Source: a virus
IMG/VR virus record: IMGVR_UViG_3300045988_073749
Strand: one strand, 5' to 3'
DNA: 52,215 nucleotides
The notes beneath the pieces are model-generated. The model made no database searches. It worked only from the letters and a program-made list of their open reading frames with translations, and was not told the DNA's origin. Made by a program: the position numbers and the translations under genes. This document shows, one piece after another, positions 8,657-15,373 of the stretch (within the stretch, counting starts at the first letter, position 1; the number at the start of each line of letters is the position of its first letter).

Positions 8657-8893
8657 TCAGTCCTTCCCGTGGGCCGCCGCACGGCAGTGGGCGGCGATCT
8701 CCTCCGGGGTGTTGATGAGGTAGCAGCCCCAGGCCACCTTCCAGGCCTTCGCCTGGGCGAACTGGTCATCCTTGAGCAGGTCCAGCGTCGCGGCCAGGTT
8801 GGCGTTCATGCGCTGCTTTCTGGCGTACTCTCCAGGGACCTTGTCCCGTTCCGCCCTGCGCTCCTCCGGGGTGAGGCTTCTCCAGTCTCTCAC
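8657..8893 (-). CDS. Hypothetical protein (78 aa)
   Basis: ORF in the operon context. Confidence 0.5.
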   Translation of the reverse strand: MRDWRSLTPEERRAERDKVPGEYARKQRMNANLAATLDLLKDDQFAQAKAWKVAWGCYLINTPEEIAAHCRAAAHGKD

Positions 8894-8905
8894 GGTACCG
8901 CCTCC

Positions 8906-9184
8906 TCAAATCTCGTCGCTGCCGTCGATCTCGAAGGTGGTGGTGACGGCCTCGCGCTCCAGGATGAACATGACGTTGGTGATCGTCTGGCCGTCGCTGT
9001 GCTCCTTGATGTCGCAAGCGACGGTGTAGAGGTTTTCGTAGGTGGGGTTCATGGTTTCCACCATCTCCAGCATAGCGGAGTATTCCTCGCAGGTGCCGCC
9101 GGTGTAGAGGTGATTTCTGATGCAGGCCGCCCGGACGCTGTCAAAGGACCAGCGGCGCTTGGCATTGATCTCGTGATTGTTCAT
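8906..9184 (-). CDS. Hypothetical protein (92 aa), first ORF of the early operon
   Basis: ATG 9184 preceded by GAAAGGAAAGCTAACC. Confidence 0.55.
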   Translation of the reverse strand: MNNHEINAKRRWSFDSVRAACIRNHLYTGGTCEEYSAMLEMVETMNPTYENLYTVACDIKEHSDGQTITNVMFILEREAVTTTFEIDGSDEI

Positions 9185-9201
9185 GGTTAGCTTTCCTTTC
9201 T

Positions 9202-9217
9202 GCCGGTTGCACCCGGC
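9202..9217 (-). promoter_or_regulatory. RNA stem-loop H1 (GCCGG-GUGCAA-CCGGC)
   Basis: 17 nt upstream of ATG 9184. Confidence 0.5.
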
Positions 9218-9606
9218 GATCCCCTCCCGCTCTCACTTATGCGGTAACTTCCGTTCATCCTCTGCGTACTCGTCCGGCTTCCACGGCTCATCTGGGTCCC
9301 CCGAATTTACGGTTCCAGCCCATTTCTGCTTTCGACCTGGTATGCTTGGCTTGATCGGGTAGCATCTTAGCGGCTCTCTCTCCCAGCTTCTTCTTGAGCC
9401 GTCCCAGGCGGTGTTCAGTTGTCGGGGATGTTTGGGTTTCTGATTGGTGGGCCGGAGGTTGCCGTTCGTACCGCCGTTACCGCCTGCCGATCGAGCCCCG
9501 GGCGATGCCCGCTTACGACCCGGCTTTCACTGCCGCTTCCTGTTTTATCCTCCGGCCCGGTGCCTCGGGCCGTTTGCTTTGGGGTTTTACCTTATTCCTT
9601 TGGCTT
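9218..9606 (-). ncRNA. Long GC-rich untranslated 5' leader of the early operon; unclassified structured RNA candidate
   Basis: No ORF of 60 aa or more with a start on the transcribed strand. 9-bp long-range complement 9450-9458/9549-9557 competes with local hairpin 9554-9571. Confidence 0.35.
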
Positions 9607-9612
9607 GATTAT

Positions 9613-9641
9613 ATTATACATCACCTTGGGACTAATTGCAA
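9613..9641 (-). promoter_or_regulatory. Early (lytic) sigma70-type promoter
   Basis: On the minus strand: TTGCAA, a 17-nt spacer, then TATAAT; divergent from the CI-like gene. Confidence 0.7.
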
Positions 9642-9716
9642 GCGTTTTAGCACACAAACGAAGAAAAAGTTTACCTAACTTTTTGGGTATTCTGTATACC
9701 ACTTGGAGGTGGTCTA

Positions 9717-10100
9717 ATGACAATAGGCGAGAGAATGTTTGATGAACTTGATAAGAGGGGCCTAACAGCTTACGGGCTTTGCCAGGCTCTTGGCCTCGGA
9801 ACCAGCACCACTTCCAACTGGAAGTTGAGAAACACTGACCCACCTGCGAAGTATATAGTCCCCATTTGTGAATATCTGGGCTGCTCCCTGGAGTACCTGC
9901 TCACCGGCCAGGAAACAGAAAAAGCGCCCGTCCACGGGATGTCCGAGAACGGGCGCGAGATGCTGGAGCTCTATGAGCGGCTGCCAGAGCGTGAGCAGCT
10001 GCTCTTGCTCGGCCGCCTCCAAGAGATGACCGCGCCGGTGTCCGGTGAGGTCAAAGGGGGCAGCGAGGCAGCCGGGTCCTCCGCCGGGAGGGCCGGGTGA
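9717..10100 (+). CDS. CI-like repressor (XRE-family HTH)
   Basis: MTIGERMFDELDKRGLTAYGLCQALGLGTSTTSNWKLRNTDP...; GGAGGTGG RBS; divergent to the early promoter. Confidence 0.75.
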   Translation: MTIGERMFDELDKRGLTAYGLCQALGLGTSTTSNWKLRNTDPPAKYIVPICEYLGCSLEYLLTGQETEKAPVHGMSENGREMLELYERLPEREQLLLLGRLQEMTAPVSGEVKGGSEAAGSSAGRAG

Positions 10101-10181
10101 TCTGGGTGGACTTCCGGCCCAGATAGGATGTGGAAAACTCTGTGGAAATTGTGTGGTTTTAATGCCACGGAACCGCCTCTA

Positions 10182-10263
10182 TCAAAATAGGTGGTGATTT
10201 TTACCGGGTATTTTCAAAATAGGTGGTAATTATTCCCGGTAATTATTACCGGTAATTTTTACC
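10182..10263 (+). repeat. AT-rich iteron block: TCAAAATAGGTGGT twice, and the 13-mer GGT(A/G)ATT(A/T)TT(A/C)CC four times (three in perfect tandem), including the palindrome CCGGTAATtATTACCGG
   Basis: Read directly at 10182-10195, 10193-10205, 10214-10227, 10225-10237, 10238-10250 and 10251-10263. Confidence 0.85.
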
Positions 10264-10354
10264 GACATAATATAAACGTATCTTATAAACGTCTTATATA
10301 AACTATTATGTTCATGGTGAATACGCGCACGCGCGCGAGAGAGGAGCGAATGAG

Positions 10355-10630
10355 ATGCTTGGCTACAAGACCTGTCGGAGCTGTGGCTCCCTGATGAACT
10401 GTGCAGACCTGGTCTCCGGGCTGTGCCCACGCTGCGCCAGGGAGAGGGCTGCATACCTGGCCGATCTCCAGCGGGACTACCAGGCAGCCGTCGATGCTGG
10501 CGATCCGCAGGCCAGCTCCCGTGTCGCTGATCTGATCTTAGCCTACCAGGCGTCGGAGGGCGTCCGGTTGAAGGACGTTCCGGGGCACTTGCGGGCAGAA
10601 GCCCATATTTGCCCCTCGGAGCCACGTTAG
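10355..10630 (+). CDS. Small zinc-ribbon protein (lysogeny-module cargo)
   Basis: CRSCG...CPRC; RBS GAGAGGAG. Confidence 0.5.
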   Translation: MLGYKTCRSCGSLMNCADLVSGLCPRCARERAAYLADLQRDYQAAVDAGDPQASSRVADLILAYQASEGVRLKDVPGHLRAEAHICPSEPR

Positions 10631-10744
10631 GCTCCAGGGGTCCCGGTATATTCAGGGAGCCCGGAAACGCGCTCCTGGGCGCTCCTGGGCCGCGTGTGGC
10701 ATGATTTACACATACTTGAGAAGGGAGTGACCATTTTGCTGGAA

Positions 10745-11209
10745 ATGAAAAAGATTCTGCGTTCTATCCTTGGGAAGGACCTGAACGAAATGAACGATAG
10801 TGAGCTGTCTGGCAAAATAAAAGAAATGCAAGATACATACCAGCAAAGAAAGCCGTTGTCGTTCGATGAGTTGATGAAGGTTCCAATGGAACAGTGGGGA
10901 GATTACGATGTCGGGACAGTCCGATTTGTTCCGGCTGCTGGCGTAGAGCCGTGCGAGCTATGCTCCAAAGTTTCCGGCAAGTGCTTGTCTCTGTCGGATG
11001 CGAAATTTTACATTGACCACGTTAGGAAGAACCACCGGTCCCCTTTATGCCTAACCACAATCCCGGCACACAGGACCAAATATGGCTCTGGATGTACCCT
11101 CCCGGATGTACCGGAAGAAGGTTCGCCAGAGCTGCCCGGTTATCAGGTCTTCCACCAATGGGCGGAGGACGTCTTCAATCGGGACCGCCCTCCAGAGAGG
11201 GAGGAATAG
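10745..11209 (+). CDS. Hypothetical protein (lysogeny-module cargo; the region looks AT-richer than the rest by eye)
   Basis: ATG 10745 (alternatives: TTG 10736, GTG 10694) after GAAGGGAG. Confidence 0.45.
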   Translation: MKKILRSILGKDLNEMNDSELSGKIKEMQDTYQQRKPLSFDELMKVPMEQWGDYDVGTVRFVPAAGVEPCELCSKVSGKCLSLSDAKFYIDHVRKNHRSPLCLTTIPAHRTKYGSGCTLPDVPEEGSPELPGYQVFHQWAEDVFNRDRPPEREE

Positions 11210-11213
11210 CCAA

Positions 11214-12266
11214 ATGCCCACTTACAAAGACAAGGAACGGGGCACCTGGTACGCATCGTTTTACTACACGGACTGGCAGGGGCGCCGCCGCCTCAAAAAG
11301 AAGCGGGGCTTCCAGCGCAAGAAGGACGCCCAGGCGTTTGAGGAAGAGTTCTTGCGGACCCGCGCCCGGAGCTGTGACATGACCTTTCGCTCTTTCGCAG
11401 AAATCTACCTGGGGGACATGGAGCCGCGTCTCAAGCGGACCACCATGCAGAACAAGTGGTATCTCATCGAGCACCGGGTCCTCCCGTTCTTCGGGGACCT
11501 CCCGCTCAACGAGATTACCCCGGCCCACGTTCGCAAGTGGCAATCGCAGCTTCTCGCGGACAAGGTGGCCCCGACCTATGCAAAGACCATCAACAACCAG
11601 CTTTCGGCCATATTCAACTACGCCTGCAAATACTACGGCCTGGGTATCAATCCGGCCCGCCTCGCCGGTAGCGTGGGCAAGAAAGACGCCCAGGAGATGT
11701 CATTCTGGACGGTGGAGCAGTTCAACCAATTCATCCCCCACGTCAAGAAGCTGCCCGCCCGGACCGGCCTATCGGTTCTGTTCTGGACCGGCCTGCGGAT
11801 AGGGGAGCTGCTGGCGCTCTGCCCGGAGGACATCGACCTGGAGGCCCGGACCCTTACCGTCCGCCGGAACTTCCAGAGCGTAGAGGGCGAAGAGGTCATA
11901 ACGGACCCAAAGACCCAGCGAGGCCGCCGGGTGATACCGCTGCCGGAAAAGCTGTGCGATGAGATACGGGCTTATGAGAACGCCCTATACGACCCCCAGC
12001 CGGATGACCGGCTATTTCCGTTCACGAAGCACTATTTCCGGCGGGCGATGCTCAAGGGGTGCGTGGAGGCCGGTATGGACCCAATCAGGCTCCATGATCT
12101 GCGTCATTCCCACGCGGCCCTACTCATCCACCTGGGGACGCCTATTCTGCTGGTGAAAGAGCGCCTGGGCCATGAGGACATACAAACGACGCTGCGGACC
12201 TATGGGCACCTGTACCCCACCACCAGCGATGAAGCAGTCAAAAAGATGGATGATTTGATGCGTTAA
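11214..12266 (+). CDS. int: Tyrosine integrase
   Basis: MPTYKDKERGTWYASFYY... N-terminus; catalytic-region HDLRHSHAALLI and LGHEDIQTTLRTYGHLY; RBS GGGAGGAA. Confidence 0.9.
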   Translation: MPTYKDKERGTWYASFYYTDWQGRRRLKKKRGFQRKKDAQAFEEEFLRTRARSCDMTFRSFAEIYLGDMEPRLKRTTMQNKWYLIEHRVLPFFGDLPLNEITPAHVRKWQSQLLADKVAPTYAKTINNQLSAIFNYACKYYGLGINPARLAGSVGKKDAQEMSFWTVEQFNQFIPHVKKLPARTGLSVLFWTGLRIGELLALCPEDIDLEARTLTVRRNFQSVEGEEVITDPKTQRGRRVIPLPEKLCDEIRAYENALYDPQPDDRLFPFTKHYFRRAMLKGCVEAGMDPIRLHDLRHSHAALLIHLGTPILLVKERLGHEDIQTTLRTYGHLYPTTSDEAVKKMDDLMR

Positions 12267-12291
12267 TGCCAAAGTAATGCCACAGAAACAG

Positions 12292-12338
12292 AAAAAGCCC
12301 CGCAAACCCTTGATTTATCAGGGCTTGCGGGGCTTTTG
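12292..12338. terminator. Bidirectional rho-independent terminator between int and the lysis operon
   Basis: AAAAAGCCCCGCAAaCCCT-loop-AGGGcTTGCGGGGCTTTT. Confidence 0.8.
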
Positions 12339-12484
12339 TACTTTATTCCCACTCGATTGACGGGGGATGTTTTGGGCTATTTTTCGCGGTATTCCGGTCT
12401 ACTCGCCGGTTCCAAATGGCGGCGTTTCTCCATAGTCTCCACCGCTTTCAGGCGGCGTAATGCCAAAACAATTCCACGCGCAGA

Positions 12485-13513
12485 TTATACCACGGTCAGG
12501 TAGGACAGCGCAACCCAGGACGTGATTTCCTTGAGAAGCGCCTCCTGGACCCCCTTGTGGGTGGCGATCTGCTTCACGGTGTACCGGCGGTTCTTGCCGC
12601 TCACGTAGTCCGGGACCTTGGCCCCTCTGGAGGTGGCGAGGCCGCCGTAGACGGCCCCGGCCTGGATGGTGACGGTGCTGCCCACCGTCACGGCCTTGGA
12701 CGCCGTAGAGCTGCTGGTGCCGTTCTTGGTGGCGTAGTCCAAAGAAATCCACCCGGCTCCGCTCTTGAGCTTGCCCCACTTGGAAGCGCCGGTGCCGCCG
12801 GCCTCCGCAACGATGGTGTAGACGCCGGGGTTGATAGCGCCCTTGCTGCCGTAGTTGGTGCCGGGGCCGGAACGGATATTGAGGTCCGTCGCTGTCACTT
12901 TCACCGTGTAGTTTACGGCTGTCTGAGCGCTGCCGGATGCGCCGGTGCCGGTGCTGGGGCTGGTGGTGCTGGAGCTGCCACCCAGCCGCTTCGTGACCTC
13001 GGCGGCAATCTCGCCGTGGAGGTTGTAGAGGTAATCGCCGGGGCAAGACTTGTTCGCAAACCAGCGGTGAACGGTCATCACCATCTCCCCGGACTTGGGG
13101 GCATAGGCAAGGGTCTTCGCCTTGTCCCCGAACCAGAGCAGCTTCTTGGCCCCGTTCCGGCGGCAAATATCCGTCACAAGGTCCAGCAGCGCGGCATAGG
13201 CCGCCGCCGTGACCTTGTAGGGGGCCTTGTTCTCGCTGGCCGTCTCAATGGTAATGGCGCGGTGGTCGTTGGAGGAGCTGGAGGTACACCAGCTCCGGTC
13301 CTTTTCCTCCACGCACAGGCCGATGGAGCCGTCATAGCCCACAACGTAGTTGCAGGACGCTTGCTTGCTGGAGGGCTGGAAGACCTCACACCCGCGCTTA
13401 GCCGTCACTTGGCCGACGAAACAATGGATGCTGATGGTGTCGATTTTATGATTGCGGGGACTGTTCTTGTTGGGGCTGATGAGGGTATAGGTCGCAAGGC
13501 TGCTGTTACTCAT
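12485..13513 (-). CDS. Endolysin: N-acetylmuramoyl-L-alanine amidase (Amidase_2/PGRP type) with C-terminal SH3-like repeats
   Basis: ...IDTISIHCFVGQ...NDHAITIET...HRWFANKSCPG; two similar C-terminal modules; ATG 13513. Confidence 0.8.
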   Translation of the reverse strand: MSNSSLATYTLISPNKNSPRNHKIDTISIHCFVGQVTAKRGCEVFQPSSKQASCNYVVGYDGSIGLCVEEKDRSWCTSSSSNDHRAITIETASENKAPYKVTAAAYAALLDLVTDICRRNGAKKLLWFGDKAKTLAYAPKSGEMVMTVHRWFANKSCPGDYLYNLHGEIAAEVTKRLGGSSSTTSPSTGTGASGSAQTAVNYTVKVTATDLNIRSGPGTNYGSKGAINPGVYTIVAEAGGTGASKWGKLKSGAGWISLDYATKNGTSSSTASKAVTVGSTVTIQAGAVYGGLATSRGAKVPDYVSGKNRRYTVKQIATHKGVQEALLKEITSWVALSYLTVV

Positions 13514-13874
13514 GGTTGGTTTCCTCCTTGTCCTCGCTGACTTCGGTAGTGGTCTCAATGGCGATGCCCTCCAGAGGGATGATGCCCTGGGTCAGCTCAT
13601 AGACGGCGGCCTCGATGAGCGCGTCAAGCTCATTCTCATTCACAGTGACGCCGCGCTCTTTCAGCCAGGCAATAACGTACTGCTTCTTCTCTTCTCCGTG
13701 CCCGCTGCCCTTGAAAATCTGCTCAGCAGCGGAGACGGCGATTTTGACCCAGGCGTTGATTTCCGCCTGCTGGGATGCCGTGGTCTTGGACTTGATGAAC
13801 GGGATGAGCACACAGGTAACGATGACGCCGATCAGAGCGGCCACAGCTTCGATGATAGGGGTGATGTCGTACAT
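13506..13874 (-). CDS. Holin (LL-H-like)
   Basis: N-terminal TM segment (PIIEAVAALIGVIVTCVLIPFI), then ...EQIFKGSGHGEEKKQYVIAWLKERG. Confidence 0.6.
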   Translation of the reverse strand: MYDITPIIEAVAALIGVIVTCVLIPFIKSKTTASQQAEINAWVKIAVSAAEQIFKGSGHGEEKKQYVIAWLKERGVTVNENELDALIEAAVYELTQGIIPLEGIAIETTTEVSEDKEETNHE

Positions 13875-13892
13875 GATAAATCCTCCTTGTTT

Positions 13893-14213
13893 TTATCCGA
13901 GTGTAGGTCCGCTGGTGTCGGACCCGCCCTCTGTGTTGTTGGTTTGGAATGGGTTTCCGTCAGCGTCCAGCCCGTGGCGGTTTCGACTGACTTTTTCGGT
14001 GGTGGATGCCGCCGCATAGCTCACCAGATAGCCGATGCAGGCGGTAAAGATGGTGGTGGTAACATCGCTCGCGGTCTGCTTGTCCAGGTAGGCGAGGATG
14101 TAGGAAGCTACGGCGGTGGCCGTGGCAATAAGGACGGCCCACGCAGCGAGCTTCTTTTTGAACTCCCATGGGCGGCGCGTCTTGGCGCGTTTCCCCTCAT
14201 ACTTACCAGCCAT
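13893..14213 (-). CDS. Two-TM membrane protein (holin-like)
   Basis: Hydrophobic segments AAWAVLIATATAVASYILAYL and TIFTACIGYLVSYAAA. Confidence 0.45.
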   Translation of the reverse strand: MAGKYEGKRAKTRRPWEFKKKLAAWAVLIATATAVASYILAYLDKQTASDVTTTIFTACIGYLVSYAAASTTEKVSRNRHGLDADGNPFQTNNTEGGSDTSGPTLG

Positions 14214-14223
14214 AGCGTCCCCC

Positions 14224-14571
14224 TCAGTCCATCAAGGAGGAAACGCCTTGCCGGGTGAGGAAGTCCTTTTGCTTGTGTTTGATGTCGGCGGCGTAGTCCA
14301 GGGCGTCGTGCATATCCCCGTTACAGTGGGCGTCGGGGATGCGCTGGACGGCCCTTGCAGTCGCTTCCCCCAGGGCAATAGCGGCATTGGTCCCCTGGAC
14401 AACCAGGACGAAGAGGTCCTTTTGGCCCTGTTCCTGGGCCGCCTGTTCCTTTTCCCGCTTGTCGATACGGCGCTCCAGACGCCAGATGATAAGGCCCATG
14501 ATCGCGCTCGGAATACCCATAGCCGCGACAAAAGCAAGCACCATCTGGCCCAGGCCGATGTTTACTTCCAT
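14224..14571 (-). CDS. Membrane-anchored coiled-coil protein of the lysis cassette
   Basis: MEVNIGLGQMVLAFVAAMGIPSAIMGLIIW...; ATG 14571 after AAGGGGTGAG. Confidence 0.4.
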   Translation of the reverse strand: MEVNIGLGQMVLAFVAAMGIPSAIMGLIIWRLERRIDKREKEQAAQEQGQKDLFVLVVQGTNAAIALGEATARAVQRIPDAHCNGDMHDALDYAADIKHKQKDFLTRQGVSSLMD

Positions 14572-14584
14572 TGGTCTCACCCCT

Positions 14585-15367
14585 TTACTCCGTCACGACC
14601 TTGTAGTAGTCGTCCAGGAGCGCCGGGGGCGCCCAACCATCCTGCTTGGTGAAGACACGCAGGACCTCATACTCCGTGCCGTCGTGGGTGAAATGGTCGC
14701 CTACCTGGAACGTGTGATTGGCCTCCAGTTCATCCCAATCCGGGACATTCCCCGGCTCCGGCCCCGGTTCGGGTTCCGGCTCCGGCTCTACTTCTTCGTA
14801 GAGCTTGTACTCAGAGGGGACCAGGTGGGGGTAGTGCGGCTCATAGAGCGTGACGCCCGCCTCCTTGATGGGGGTATAGAGCTTCTGGTCCACGGGGTCC
14901 CGGCGCACCGCTCCGTAGGGGACGTGCTCGCCCCACATGAAGTCCAGATACCCTCCGGGTTCCTCCGGCTCGCTACGAAGCGGACGGAACAACGTCCGCC
15001 CGCCCACGGTTCCAGGTGCCCAATCCGCCTGCGCCTGGTGCTGCGTGGTGCAGATGTAAAGCTCGCTGTCCGGCCCCACGATAGGCTCATCCTTGAAGAT
15101 GGTCCCCATGGTGGCACTCCAGATGCGGGTGCCGTCCGCCGCCGCGATGATTTTCAGCTCGGCGTCGGTGTAGTCTCCGCTCTCAACCTGTCCGGCGCGG
15201 ATGAGGTTCGCCCGCGCCCGGTTCACATGAAGCTCCGGGAGGCCAGGGCCGCCCATCTCCACCAGAGCGTCATGGGTGGCAAGGATGGCCGCCCACAGCT
15301 CATAGGTGTCCACGCTCTTTTCCTGCTTCTGGTAGGCGCGGGCTTCGTCAAGACTTCTCATAGTCAT
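14585..15367 (-). CDS. Putative carbohydrate-binding (CBM5/12-like) fibre-associated protein
   Basis: Two W-x-PG aromatic modules; EPEPEPEPGPEP linker; C-terminal FQVGDHFTHDGTEYEVL...DGWAPP. Confidence 0.4.
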   Translation of the reverse strand: MTMRSLDEARAYQKQEKSVDTYELWAAILATHDALVEMGGPGLPELHVNRARANLIRAGQVESGDYTDAELKIIAAADGTRIWSATMGTIFKDEPIVGPDSELYICTTQHQAQADWAPGTVGGRTLFRPLRSEPEEPGGYLDFMWGEHVPYGAVRRDPVDQKLYTPIKEAGVTLYEPHYPHLVPSEYKLYEEVEPEPEPEPGPEPGNVPDWDELEANHTFQVGDHFTHDGTEYEVLRVFTKQDGWAPPALLDDYYKVVTE

Positions 15368-15373
15368 TCCCCC

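Noticed and set aside
9266-9350. Tiny ORF MLPDQAKHTRSKAEMGWNRKFGGPR* that would join ...DPDEPWKPDEYAEDERKLPHK* if one G of the G5 run (9297-9301) were removed. The second frame is ~95 codons open but has no start.
   Set aside because: It could be a homopolymer error or a frameshifted small gene, but open frames of this length arise by chance in DNA this GC-rich. I have no conservation evidence.
9218-9606. Known riboswitch or large ncRNA (FMN, cobalamin, SAM, RNase P, tmRNA) in the early leader
   Set aside because: Only short chance resemblances were found (e.g. CAGUGAAAGCC, CGGCAACC). None of the diagnostic cores I remember is present, so it is left unclassified.
10182-10263. Possible CRISPR array
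   Set aside because: These are 13-14-nt tandem AT-rich iterons without spacers. There are no cas genes and no repeat of 23-50 nt.
12339-12484. attP core or a tRNA-derived sequence between int and the endolysin
   Set aside because: This is the expected location, but I could not recognise a tRNA 3'-end or a core repeat by eye. Only the TAATGCCA boxes are reported.
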